64,000 nucleotides of DNA. Source: a bacterium (GTDB taxonomy: Bacteria > Patescibacteriota > Minisyncoccia > Phycocordibacterales > CAIZLB01). The number at the start of each line of letters is the position of its first letter. The first letter of the stretch is position 1. Below, in pieces: positions 39,376 to 48,759 of this stretch. The stretch is from assembly GCA_031411135.1 (NCBI GenBank), contig JANOAN010000006.1, positions 272 to 64,271 on the forward strand, in the 5' to 3' direction. The translations under genes and the position numbers were made by a program. The notes under the pieces were generated by a model that saw only the letters and a list, made by a program, of their open reading frames with translations, was not told the origin of the DNA and ran no database searches.

Positions 39376-39461
39376 CATATAATCTCAGTGGAGATGCAAC
39401 AAAGCCTATTTTAAGGTAAAATTGGCTTATTCTTATTAAGTATTAATTTTACACACAAACC

Positions 39462-40478
39462 ATGATACGAGTAGCCATTAATGGAGCAGGACGAATCGGA
39501 CGAGCATTTTTAAAACTTGCAATTACAAATAGGGATATAGAAATTGTCGCAATTAATGATATTGGGGATATTAATAATATTGCGTATTTATTGAAGCACG
39601 ACACTGTATACAAAGACAGCGGATTGGATATCAAAGTAGAAGGACAAGGATTTGTTATTAACGGAAAAAATGTAGCTTACACATCTGTTAAGGATCCTGC
39701 GACTTTGCCATGGGCATCAATGAAAATTGATATCGTAGTCGAGTCCACTGGATTATTTGCAAGTTTTGAAAAAGCTCGGGCACACATTACTGCAGGGGCT
39801 AAAAAGGTTGTAATTACTGGTCCTGTAAAAGAGGATCCAAAGGACGCGACAGAGGCAACAGTTCTCATGGTTTTGAATGAAGATGCACTTCAAGGTGCAG
39901 TTGTGACTTCAAACGCATCATGTACAACAAACGCTGGAAGTCCCTTGATGGCGATTTTGGACGAAACTGTAGGGATTGAAAAGGCACTTTTGAATACTGT
40001 GCATGCATATACTGCAAGCCAGACAATTGTTGATGGGCCTTCTAAAAAAGATTTCCGTGAAGGACGAGCTGCTGCACAAAACATTGTGCCTTCATCAACA
40101 GGTGCTGCAATTGCAGTAACAAAAGTTCTCCCACAACTTGCTGGAAAATTCGATGGAATTTCAATCCGAGTGCCTGTGCCAGTAGGATCAATTGTGGACA
40201 TAACTTTTATTTCAAAGCGCCCAACTTCGACTGAGGAAATTAATAGTATTCTTAAAAAAGCCGCACAGGATCCGAAGTGGGCAGGAATTTTCACAACCAC
40301 AGAAGAACCTCTTGTTTCAAGTGATATTGTCGGAAATCCGCATGCTTCGATTGGGGATTTGTCGTTCACACGCGTAGCAGATGGTAACTTGGTAAAGGTT
40401 TTGGCTTGGTATGACAACGAAATGGGATATACACACACGTTGTTACGACATGTTTTGACTGCTGGAAAATCACTTTAA
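39462..40478 (+). CDS. gap: type I glyceraldehyde-3-phosphate dehydrogenase
   Basis: VAINGAGRIGR ... ASCTTNAGSP (active-site Cys) ... WYDNEMGY. Confidence 0.9.
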   Translation: MIRVAINGAGRIGRAFLKLAITNRDIEIVAINDIGDINNIAYLLKHDTVYKDSGLDIKVEGQGFVINGKNVAYTSVKDPATLPWASMKIDIVVESTGLFASFEKARAHITAGAKKVVITGPVKEDPKDATEATVLMVLNEDALQGAVVTSNASCTTNAGSPLMAILDETVGIEKALLNTVHAYTASQTIVDGPSKKDFREGRAAAQNIVPSSTGAAIAVTKVLPQLAGKFDGISIRVPVPVGSIVDITFISKRPTSTEEINSILKKAAQDPKWAGIFTTTEEPLVSSDIVGNPHASIGDLSFTRVADGNLVKVLAWYDNEMGYTHTLLRHVLTAGKSL

Positions 40479-40481
40479 TAT

Positions 40482-40931
40482 ATGAAAATATACCTAGCAA
40501 CAGACCATGCCGGATATGAGCACAAAGAAACTTTAAAAAAATACCTGACTGATAAAGGTCACGAAATAGTTGACTGTGGCGCTGATAAATTTATCGAAGG
40601 TGATGATTACGTTCCATACATTGTGATGGCAACTCGAGCAGTATCAGCAGACCAGAACCTTAAGGCTGTTATTTTTGGAGGGTCCGGGCAAGGTGAAGCA
40701 ATCACAGCTAATCGTTTTCCAGGAGTACGCGCTGCAGTTTACTACGGTGGGAGTGAGGAGATAATAAAACTTTCTCGCGAACACAACGATGCAAATGTTT
40801 TATCAATTGGTGCAAGATTTGTTACAAATGAGGAAATGTTTCGAGTAGTTGATTTGTGGCTTGCAACTGAATTTTCAAAAGGCGAAAGACACGTGAGACG
40901 AATTAAAGAAATTGATACTTTAAGTTGGTAA
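40482..40931 (+). CDS. rpiB: ribose-5-phosphate isomerase B (RpiB/LacA/LacB family)
   Basis: MKIYLATDHAGYEHKETL...IFGGSGQGEAITANRFPGVRAA. Confidence 0.8.
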   Translation: MKIYLATDHAGYEHKETLKKYLTDKGHEIVDCGADKFIEGDDYVPYIVMATRAVSADQNLKAVIFGGSGQGEAITANRFPGVRAAVYYGGSEEIIKLSREHNDANVLSIGARFVTNEEMFRVVDLWLATEFSKGERHVRRIKEIDTLSW

Positions 40932-40935
40932 AAAT

Positions 40936-41682
40936 ATGTCAAAGATACAAATTATTCCAGCTATAATCCCAAAGGACTTTTACGAACTTGAAGACAAGGT
41001 CGCACAAGTTGCGGGTCATGTAAAACAAGTGCATATCGACATGTGTGATGGAATACTTACTCGCAGTTCTTCGTGGCCAAAGGACGGAGATAAAATTTTT
41101 GAGCAGATTCTTATTGGTGAAAGAGGTCTTCCTGAATGGGAAGATGTTGATTACGAAGTTCATTTGATGACAGCTCATCCTGAAAATTATATTTTTGATT
41201 GGATTATGGGAGGTGCTTGCCGAGTGGTGGTCCAAGTTGAAAGTTTTTTTCCTGGATTCAAAGGTGATTTTAATGAAGGTGGAATGGAGAGGCTTGAAAA
41301 AATGCTTGAGAAGTTAAAGACAGATCACGGATATGATTCCAGCAATGATGATGGTTTTTATCAAGTGGGAATTTCAGTTGGGATTGATACGTCGCTTGAA
41401 ATTATCAAACCATTGATTGAAAAGTTTAATTTTGTACAATTAATGACAATCGCTTCAATTGGTTCCCAAGGAATTCCATTTGAAGAACGTGCGTACGATA
41501 GGATAAAAGAATTACGAAGTATGACAGAGAAGGAAATTTCAGTGGACGGTGGGGTGAATGAAAGTAACGCATTAAAACTACATGAAGCCGGCGTCGATCG
41601 CCTCGTTGTTGGATCTGCAATTTTTAACAATGATGTGCCAAGTGAAAAAGTAGATTCACTGAATTCGTTATTTGAAGTATAA
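40936..41682 (+). CDS. rpe: ribulose-phosphate 3-epimerase-like protein (with insertions)
   Basis: VHIDMCDG (the H.D.MDG motif), VHLMTAHP, SVDGGVN: an RPE-like TIM-barrel motif series. Confidence 0.55.
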   Translation: MSKIQIIPAIIPKDFYELEDKVAQVAGHVKQVHIDMCDGILTRSSSWPKDGDKIFEQILIGERGLPEWEDVDYEVHLMTAHPENYIFDWIMGGACRVVVQVESFFPGFKGDFNEGGMERLEKMLEKLKTDHGYDSSNDDGFYQVGISVGIDTSLEIIKPLIEKFNFVQLMTIASIGSQGIPFEERAYDRIKELRSMTEKEISVDGGVNESNALKLHEAGVDRLVVGSAIFNNDVPSEKVDSLNSLFEV

Positions 41683-41685
41683 TAA

Positions 41686-42588
41686 GTGGGCATGTCGCTC
41701 ACTGAAACCCAAGTTGTTTTTTTGGAAGAGAAGGCGAATTTAATTCGTCAGTCTATTATTGAAATGCTTCTCGAGGCAAAGAGCGGCCACTCGGCGGGAC
41801 CATTGGATATGTCAGATATTTTTGCAGCACTTTATTTTCATATTTTACGCCACAAAGCGGACGAACCAACTTGGGCTGATCGAGATCGATTAGTTTTATC
41901 AAACGGACATATTTGTCCAGTTTTATACGCTGCTATGGCACACAGTGGGTATTTCCCCGTAGCTGAATTAAAGACTTTGCGAAAATTCGGATCGCGCTTA
42001 CAAGGTCATCCACATAGAGAATTTCTACCAATGCTAGAAAATAGCTCAGGTCCTCTCGGATCGGGACTTTCACAAGCAGTTGGAATGGCGATTGCTGATA
42101 GAATGGATAATGGAAAGGTAAATCGAAAATTTATCTATTGCTTATTAGGTGATGGAGAATTAGATGAAGGTCAGAATTGGGAAGCTGTGATGTTGGGTGC
42201 CAAAGAAAAATTGGGAAATTTAATTGCGATAGTGGACAGGAATAATATTCAAATTGATGGTTTTACAGATGATATCATGCCGATTTCGCCATTGTTTGAT
42301 AAGTTTAAATCTTTCAATTGGCACGTACAGGAAATTGACGGACATAATATGAGATCAATTGAAACTGCAATTGAAACTGCAAAAGCGGTCTCTGATAAGC
42401 CGTCCATTATCATTGCACATACCGTACCGGGACGCGGAGTTTCATATATGGAAGGCCGTTACCAGTGGCATGGAACTCCTCCTGGAATTTCAAATATGGA
42501 AGGTGCACCAGATAAGGCAAAACAGGGCGAAGTTGCATTAGAAGACTTAAGAACTCTACATGGTCGAATAATAAGTGAACACCAATAA
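41686..42588 (+). CDS. transketolase, N-terminal (TPP-binding) subunit, split form
   Basis: GHSAGPLDMSDIFAALYF...GSLGQGLS-like GSGLSQAVGMA...LLGDGELDEGQNWEA. Confidence 0.8.
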   Translation: MGMSLTETQVVFLEEKANLIRQSIIEMLLEAKSGHSAGPLDMSDIFAALYFHILRHKADEPTWADRDRLVLSNGHICPVLYAAMAHSGYFPVAELKTLRKFGSRLQGHPHREFLPMLENSSGPLGSGLSQAVGMAIADRMDNGKVNRKFIYCLLGDGELDEGQNWEAVMLGAKEKLGNLIAIVDRNNIQIDGFTDDIMPISPLFDKFKSFNWHVQEIDGHNMRSIETAIETAKAVSDKPSIIIAHTVPGRGVSYMEGRYQWHGTPPGISNMEGAPDKAKQGEVALEDLRTLHGRIISEHQ

Positions 42589-43585
42589 AATGAACCTAAA
42601 CCCAAAAATATTTGATAAAGATGTAGAACAAGTTCCAATCCGAAAGGGCTTTGGTAATGGTTTGGTTTTGGCAGCTGAAAAAAATAAAGATGTTGTTGGG
42701 CTTTGTGCGGATCTGACAGAATCGACAATGATGCACTTGTTCAAGAATAAATTTCCCGAGAGGTTTGTAGAAATCGGCGTTGCAGAGCAGAACTTGGCAT
42801 CAGTGGCATCTGGAATGGCAGCCATGGGAAAGATTCCATTTATCAGTTCTTATGCAATGTTCAGTCCAGGACGAAATTGGGAGCAAATCCGCACGACCAT
42901 TTGTTACAACGATAGGAAGGTAGTGATTGTGGGGTCGCATGCAGGAATTTCAGTTGGTCCTGATGGCGGAACTCATCAAGCAATCGAGGACATTGCAATT
43001 ACACGTGTTATTCCAAATATAATTGTGATTTCTCCATGTGATGCAATAGAGGCAAAGAAAGCGACACTGGCGTGTTTAGATATTAAGACACCAGTTTACT
43101 TACGATTAGCTCGAGAAAAAACACCAGTGATGACTACAGAAGAAACTCCTTTTGTTGTAGGTAAAGCTCAAATTTTCTATGAAGCAAATAAGGCACTTTT
43201 AAAAAAGGAAAATATTGATGTAGGAATTATTGCAACTGGTTCGTTGGTTCACAAAGCAATAATGGTAGCGAGGAATTTGGAAAAGAAAGGAATTGCTGTG
43301 AATGTTTTGAATCTTTCTACAATTAAACCCCTTGATACAGATGCGATTTTAAGTTTAGCGAAAGAAGCAGGCGCTATTGTGACAGTTGAAGAACATCAAG
43401 TTGCTGGTGGGATGGGAAGTGCCGTGGCGGAGTTTTTAGCAGGAAATTTTCCTGTGCCAATCGAATTTATCGGAGTTCAGAATAAGTTTGGTCAGTCGGG
43501 CACTCCTGATAAGTTGATTGAACATTATGGAATGGGGGAATCTCATATTATGAAAGCGGTAGAGAGGGTGATGGGGAGGAAGTAA
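42575..43585 (+). CDS. transketolase, C-terminal (pyrimidine-binding) subunit, split form
   Basis: RKGFGNGLV...FVEIGVAEQNL...GSHAGISVGPDGGTHQAIEDIA. Confidence 0.8.
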   Translation: MNTNKMNLNPKIFDKDVEQVPIRKGFGNGLVLAAEKNKDVVGLCADLTESTMMHLFKNKFPERFVEIGVAEQNLASVASGMAAMGKIPFISSYAMFSPGRNWEQIRTTICYNDRKVVIVGSHAGISVGPDGGTHQAIEDIAITRVIPNIIVISPCDAIEAKKATLACLDIKTPVYLRLAREKTPVMTTEETPFVVGKAQIFYEANKALLKKENIDVGIIATGSLVHKAIMVARNLEKKGIAVNVLNLSTIKPLDTDAILSLAKEAGAIVTVEEHQVAGGMGSAVAEFLAGNFPVPIEFIGVQNKFGQSGTPDKLIEHYGMGESHIMKAVERVMGRK

Positions 43586-43628
43586 TAATTAACAATGGGC
43601 GACTCCAGACTCACTAAAACTTTCCAAA

Positions 43629-44606
43629 CTATATCTCCCGTGCACTCCACCCCTCCGGTTGCTTCTTCATGTAACCCTCTAATCTTTCATCAGTCAACAA
43701 TCCCTTCTGTGCACCAACATATTCACAAACACTCATGGAATTAATTGATCCGTGCTTCATCGCAGTCTCTACATCCAGTCCTTTCAAAATCGCAATTGAA
43801 AAAGTTGAAGAAAAAGCATCTCCCGCACCAGTTCTTTCGTAGGCAGGTTTTTCATCAGGATACATTGGTAGGTGAACTGGCTTATCATTTATATAAGTAT
43901 ATGAACCGTCTGGTCCATCTGTAATAACAGGAAGTTTTACCCCTAGATTCTTAATCCCTGCTAATAGGGTTGTTACATCTCGAGTGTCAGTTCCTAGAAT
44001 AATCTGTGCTTCTTCAACGTTACAGAAGAATAATTCTGCGCGTTTGTAAATTCTTTCCAGTGCTTTTGCACCAAATTTAATTTGATAAGTTCCAGGCTGG
44101 AAGACTAATCGAATTTCAGGATGTGAATCTAGATAATCTGCAATTTCGTTGTGGAAGGGTAGTGATTTTTCACCAAGAGAGCTTAGGTAAAACATTTTAG
44201 GTGATCCGATGTCAGGCATTTTAAGTGGATAGTCCTCGTGCTTAATTAAAATTGTGCGATCCTGTTCAAACCATAAAACATAGTGATAGTTTGTTACTAA
44301 ACCCTTATTTATAGCCACATAATCAGTGGAAACTTTTTCCTGTTTTAATCTGTCAATACACTCTTTTCCATGCTGATCGTCTCCGATATTCACAATTAGT
44401 CCTGAAGATAAACCAAGTCTCGCTGCTGCAACTGATGCGTTTGCGCTATTTCCAACCGCGGGAACTTCTTCTGCGAATTCGAATGGAATTTTTGATCCAT
44501 AAGGCATGCAAAGCTCTTTTGGATTTCCAGCGATATGACCAACTTGAAGTCTAATAAATGAATCGATAACGATATCTCCTAAAGCCACAAAATCAAGATT
44601 TTTCAT
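43629..44606 (-). CDS. PfkB-family carbohydrate kinase (ribokinase-like)
   Basis: FVALGDIVIDS (GG-like N-terminal motif) ... RTGAGDAFSSTF (the DTxGAGD anion hole). Confidence 0.7.
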   Translation of the reverse strand: MKNLDFVALGDIVIDSFIRLQVGHIAGNPKELCMPYGSKIPFEFAEEVPAVGNSANASVAAARLGLSSGLIVNIGDDQHGKECIDRLKQEKVSTDYVAINKGLVTNYHYVLWFEQDRTILIKHEDYPLKMPDIGSPKMFYLSSLGEKSLPFHNEIADYLDSHPEIRLVFQPGTYQIKFGAKALERIYKRAELFFCNVEEAQIILGTDTRDVTTLLAGIKNLGVKLPVITDGPDGSYTYINDKPVHLPMYPDEKPAYERTGAGDAFSSTFSIAILKGLDVETAMKHGSINSMSVCEYVGAQKGLLTDERLEGYMKKQPEGWSAREI

Positions 44607-44773
44607 AAGTATTATTGTATCAATCTAAGGTGCATAAAGCACACTTGACGGCAGGGTGGTGGAGTTGTACCATTTACTTCCAGTTGCTCTTTTTAATTTT
44701 AAATAGGTAGTGTTTATACTTAAACTTGGCTTTGAGGCGACTTATTATTTTTTCATTTTCATGGAGAGATAAT

Positions 44774-44857
44774 ATGTCGTCTCAAAGAGTGCCGAACTTC
44801 AAGAGGTTCTCCAGAGCGGCAGTTAAACCACAAAAAACAACCACGAAGAAAAAATAG
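44774..44857 (+). CDS. 27-aa basic micro-ORF (MSSQRVPNFKRFSRAAVKPQKTTTKKK), hypothetical. This is the only clearly SD-led ORF seen.
   Basis: GGAGAG lies 6 nt upstream of the ATG. The TAG stop is 2 nt before the ATG of the next ORF. Read manually. Confidence 0.25.
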   Translation: MSSQRVPNFKRFSRAAVKPQKTTTKKK

Positions 44858-44859
44858 TT

Positions 44860-45312
44860 ATGACGCCCAAAGTCACAGTACCCAAGTCACCAACAGCACA
44901 ACCCCCGGAGTTCTTCCGCGGGGAACCCATGCGGAAGAAACTGGAAGGTGGAGTCACCCTCTGCTTCCAACGCTTGGTACCCAAAACGGATGTCTGCAAG
45001 AAGACCGTCCGCAAAAGCCTGACAGCCTTCGGACGCAGTCCTGATGAGGCTTGCCTCAAGTTCGACCGCACATTCGTCCTGCCCGAAAATATCCGCGAAC
45101 CTCTCATCGAGTTCTTCCTCGCGGATGGTAGCCCTCAAGACGGGACATGTCTCGTGATCGGCAAAAACGGCGGTGAAGCAGAAAGTATCGAAGTGAAATA
45201 CAAGAGTCGCAACAATGAGCCATATGTCCATGCGACGCAGGCCATTCGCGAACTCGCCGAGGCTCCCGGAGTTTTCGGCATCGTCTTCCTCGAAGCGAAG
45301 ACCAGCAAGTAA
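44860..45312 (+). CDS. hypothetical 150-aa protein on a GC-rich island (no family recognised)
   Basis: The ORF spans the GC-rich block, is preceded by the SD-led micro-ORF and followed by a structured 3' region ending in a terminator. The antisense shadow ORF 44887..45231 is the alternative. Confidence 0.4.
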   Translation: MTPKVTVPKSPTAQPPEFFRGEPMRKKLEGGVTLCFQRLVPKTDVCKKTVRKSLTAFGRSPDEACLKFDRTFVLPENIREPLIEFFLADGSPQDGTCLVIGKNGGEAESIEVKYKSRNNEPYVHATQAIRELAEAPGVFGIVFLEAKTSK

Positions 45313-45410
45313 CCGAAGTCGGCGTTCCTAGCGCCTACTTCTGGAGTGTGTCAAGGAAAGCACACGTGGTATGACCTAGGAAAACCAACACCACCTATTA
45401 GTTCAAAACC

Positions 45411-45452
45411 CAACCCTCGAGACGCGTAAGCGCCCCGAGGGTTGAACTTTCT
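45411..45452 (+). terminator. rho-independent terminator closing the GC-rich cassette
   Basis: CAACCCTCG (45411-45419) pairs with CGAGGGTTG (45436-45444). The 16-nt loop has an inner GCG/CGC stem. Followed by AACTTTCTCT. Confidence 0.5.
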
Positions 45453-45483
45453 CTAGACTAGAATAATTTGATACAATACACAC

Positions 45484-46368
45484 ATGAACTCAGTACAAAA
45501 ATTTTCAAACGGTCTCACTTATCGAGAAACTATTAACACCGCTCGCGAACAAAAAATTTCAATTGGACATTTTAATATTTCAAATTTAGAGGCTTTGCGA
45601 GGGATTGTTCAAGCGGCTATAAAACTAAACGTCCCAGTTATTATCGGAGTATCAGAAGGGGAAAGAGACTTTGTTGGGGTTAAACAAACTGTTGCGCTGA
45701 TAAAAGCTTATCGTGATCAATATAATAATCACCCAATATTTCTAAACGCAGATCATACTTATTCATTCGAAAGGGTAAAAGAGGCAATAGATGCTGGTTT
45801 TGATTCAGTCATTATTGATGGAGCAAAACTTCCAATGGATCAAAATATTTTGATAGCAAAAAAATCTGTTGAATATGCTAAAAAATGCGGTAGGGATGTG
45901 GTTGTAGAAGGGGAAATTGGATACATCGGTACTTCATCAAAAATTTTAGATGCAATTCCTGATGGGGTAACTGTTACAAGTGTTGAAGAGGCAAGGGCGT
46001 TTGTTTCTGCCACTGGCGTAGAAATGCTAGCCCCTGCTGTTGGAAACGTACATGGGATTCTTCGAAGTGGAGTAAACCCAGCACTGCGAATTGATTTGAT
46101 AAAACAAATTTCTGAATCATTAAATATGCCATTGGTTCTACACGGGGCTTCCGGAATTAGTTCTGCTGATCTTGAAAATGCCTCTCAAAATGGAATGACC
46201 ATTGTCCACTACAATACTGAACTTCGAATTGCATTTCGCGATGCAGTTAAAAAAACTTTGGAAAAAAATCCAGATGAAGTGGCCCCATACAAGATTATGG
46301 CATCGTCCATCGATGCAGTCCAAAAAGTGGTTGAAGAAAAGCTGAAAATAATGAATCGAATGAATTAA
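45484..46368 (+). CDS. fba: class II fructose-bisphosphate aldolase
   Basis: ISIGHFNISNLEALRGIVQAAIKLNVPVIIGVSEGE ... LHGASGIS; TGATACAAT lies 6 nt upstream of the ATG. Confidence 0.8.
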   Translation: MNSVQKFSNGLTYRETINTAREQKISIGHFNISNLEALRGIVQAAIKLNVPVIIGVSEGERDFVGVKQTVALIKAYRDQYNNHPIFLNADHTYSFERVKEAIDAGFDSVIIDGAKLPMDQNILIAKKSVEYAKKCGRDVVVEGEIGYIGTSSKILDAIPDGVTVTSVEEARAFVSATGVEMLAPAVGNVHGILRSGVNPALRIDLIKQISESLNMPLVLHGASGISSADLENASQNGMTIVHYNTELRIAFRDAVKKTLEKNPDEVAPYKIMASSIDAVQKVVEEKLKIMNRMN

Positions 46369-46373
46369 AAAAA

Positions 46374-48029
46374 ATGAAATCTGAAACTCTAGAACAACTG
46401 AGGGCAGCCTTTAATGGCGATATGTATACGGACCCTGTCGTTTTAAAGCAGTATAGTCGAGATGCTAGTGTGTGTGAAATCATTCCACAAGTAGTTTTGT
46501 GTCCAAAAACAATTGGAGATGTAAAATCTATTGTTAAATTTGTCTCAAGTAATCCGGGGTTATCAATAACAGTAAGAGCAGCCGGAACGGATATGTCAGG
46601 GGCTGCCATTGGTGAATCTATAATAATGGACGTAAATAAATACATACAGGGTATTGTAAGTTGGGGCGTAATTGGAAAAATCGAAGCTGAAATTACAGTT
46701 TTACCGGGTACTTTCTATCGTGATTTTGAAAAGGAAACTATGGCTAAAGGTTTTTTCTTGCCAAGTTATCCAGCTTCAAAACTGATTAATACTGTTGGTG
46801 GAATGGTAGGAAACAATTCTGCTGGAGAAAAAACTTTGACTTACGGACAGACTGAAAGATATGTAAAAAGTCTGAAGGTTATTTTACGCGATGGAAATGA
46901 ATATTTGGTAAAACCTTTAAATAAAGAAGAATTGGATAAAAAGTTGGCACAAAACGATTTGGAGGGGGAATTGTATAAGTCTGTTTGGAAAATTGTTTCA
47001 GAAAATGCAGATGAAATCCAAAGCGCAAAACCTATCACTTCAAAAAATTCTGCAGGTTTTGCTTTATGGAATGTTTGGAATGAAGATGAGAATATTTTTG
47101 ACCTAACAAAAATAATTGTTGGATCGCAAGGGACTTTGTGTGTTGTCTCTGAAATTACTTTCAAGCTTGTACCAGTGCATTTAAAATCACAAATGCTTGT
47201 TGTTTTTATGCCATCCCTCGATCCAATCGGCCCTCTTGTTAAAGACATTCTTCCATTCGCTCCAACCAGCATTGAATCATATGACGAAGATACTATTAAA
47301 TTAGCCGTAAAATATTTCCGGGATCTTCCTTACCAAGGAAAATTATTAAGCTTCTTGAAACTGGCGTGGAACTTTATGCCCGAATTCCAAATGGTCCGTT
47401 CTGATGGAATTCCAAAATTGGTGCTCTTGATTGAATTTACAGGAGATACCGAAAAAGAAATTGGAGATAAGATAAAAAAACTCAATGCTCTTATTAAAGA
47501 AAAATACTATTTAAAAACTGAATATGTGACGAGTCCATCCAAGGCTAAAAAATATTGGACCATCCGAAGGGAAAGTTACAACCTCTTACGAAAGCATGCT
47601 GAAGGTAAAAAGGTTGCTACTTTTATCGAGGACGTAATTGTCCCGCCAGAACGTCTTCCGGAATTCCTTCCACAATTTAGAGATATTTTAAAATCATACA
47701 ATTTAACCTATAGCATTGCAGGGCACGCTGGGAGCGGCAACTTCCACGTTTTTCCACTTATGGATTTTAAAAATCCAGAGCATGTAGACAATATTATTGA
47801 AATATCAAAAAAGGTTTACAATCTCGTTGGTCAGTATAAAGGATCAATCACTGCCGAACATTCCGATGGTATTGTTCGCGCCCCGTTTCTTTCAAAAATG
47901 TTTTCCCCAAAGACCTTAGAACTCTTTGTTGGAATTAAAAAATCATTTGATCCACAAAATTTCTTTAATCCGGGTAAGAAGGTGGGGGCTACAGTGGAGT
48001 ATTTTAAAAACCATATAATTAAGGAATAG
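46374..48029 (+). CDS. FAD-binding oxidoreductase (FAD-linked oxidase, GlcD/D-lactate dehydrogenase-like)
   Basis: N-terminal PCMH-type FAD-binding domain (GMVGNNSAGEKT); C-terminal FAD-oxidase_C-like domain. Confidence 0.6.
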   Translation: MKSETLEQLRAAFNGDMYTDPVVLKQYSRDASVCEIIPQVVLCPKTIGDVKSIVKFVSSNPGLSITVRAAGTDMSGAAIGESIIMDVNKYIQGIVSWGVIGKIEAEITVLPGTFYRDFEKETMAKGFFLPSYPASKLINTVGGMVGNNSAGEKTLTYGQTERYVKSLKVILRDGNEYLVKPLNKEELDKKLAQNDLEGELYKSVWKIVSENADEIQSAKPITSKNSAGFALWNVWNEDENIFDLTKIIVGSQGTLCVVSEITFKLVPVHLKSQMLVVFMPSLDPIGPLVKDILPFAPTSIESYDEDTIKLAVKYFRDLPYQGKLLSFLKLAWNFMPEFQMVRSDGIPKLVLLIEFTGDTEKEIGDKIKKLNALIKEKYYLKTEYVTSPSKAKKYWTIRRESYNLLRKHAEGKKVATFIEDVIVPPERLPEFLPQFRDILKSYNLTYSIAGHAGSGNFHVFPLMDFKNPEHVDNIIEISKKVYNLVGQYKGSITAEHSDGIVRAPFLSKMFSPKTLELFVGIKKSFDPQNFFNPGKKVGATVEYFKNHIIKE

Positions 48030-48070
48030 GGGCTTGATTTCCTCCTTAAAATATATATACTTTCAGAACT

Positions 48071-48721
48071 ATGATATCAATCAACTTAGAAAAGCGCGCA
48101 GCAGGTGCCAAATTGGGCTCTCTTCGCACATCTGGAAAAATTCCTGCTGTTATGTACGGCCCTAAAAATCCTGCTAAATCTGTTTCTGTAAACGAGATCG
48201 AATTTATTAAGGCTTTCCGACAGGCCGGAGAATCAACTGTAATTGTTGCTAATCTTGATGGTGCTGAACACGAGACTTTGGTTCACGATATGGACTTGGA
48301 ACCTGTTTCTGGAAAAATCCGCCACATCGACTTTTTGGTACTTGAAAAAGGAAAGAAAATTACACTTCACGTTCCTCTTGAATACATTGGTGATTCGGCA
48401 GCTGTTAAGGCAGGTGCTCTTCTTGTAAAGGTTCTTCATGAAGTTGAAATTGAGGCTATGCCAAAAGATCTTCCTCACAATATCGAGGTAGATATTACTG
48501 CTTTGGTTGATCTTGAATCTCAAATCAAGGCCGGTGATCTTAAGTTGCCATCAGGAGTTGAATTGAAAACAGATGCTGATGAAATCGTTGCTATCGTTGC
48601 TGCTGCCAAGGAAGAAGTTGAAGAAGTTGCCGCTCCAGTTGATCTATCTGCTATCGAATTGTCTGAAAAGAAAGGAAAGAAGGATGAAGAGGGTGCTCCT
48701 GCCGAAGACGCTGCTAAATAA
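48071..48721 (+). CDS. rplY: 50S ribosomal protein L25 / general stress protein Ctc
   Basis: INLEKRAAGAKLGSLRTSGKIPAVMYG; acidic C-terminal tail. Confidence 0.8.
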   Translation: MISINLEKRAAGAKLGSLRTSGKIPAVMYGPKNPAKSVSVNEIEFIKAFRQAGESTVIVANLDGAEHETLVHDMDLEPVSGKIRHIDFLVLEKGKKITLHVPLEYIGDSAAVKAGALLVKVLHEVEIEAMPKDLPHNIEVDITALVDLESQIKAGDLKLPSGVELKTDADEIVAIVAAAKEEVEEVAAPVDLSAIELSEKKGKKDEEGAPAEDAAK

Positions 48722-48759
48722 TTTTTATAATATCACCCTGGGTGTTATAATAGATATTA

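Noticed and set aside
41686-43585. Split transketolase as a novelty
   Set aside because: Two-subunit (N/C) transketolases are well known in archaea and several bacterial lineages. Recorded as features only.
44887-45231. 114-aa minus-strand ORF inside the 44860..45312 island
   Set aside because: Antisense shadow of the plus ORF in GC-rich sequence. The plus strand has the SD-led upstream micro-ORF and a downstream terminator. Not excluded, but less parsimonious.
3337-45450. Hypothesis that the GC-rich islands (3337-4413, 6366-6827, 20332-20988, 44860-45450) are structured RNA genes (RNase P RNA, tmRNA, SRP/6S), which often appear as GC spikes in AT-rich genomes
   Set aside because: RNase P P4 motifs (GGAAAGTCCGGGC, ACAGAAcCCGGCTTA), the tmRNA 5'/3' acceptor ends and tag-peptide signatures, and the SRP domain-IV GGAAGCAGCC were looked for and not found. 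All the islands sustain long ORFs with purine-rich first codon positions, and two have recognisable protein motifs.
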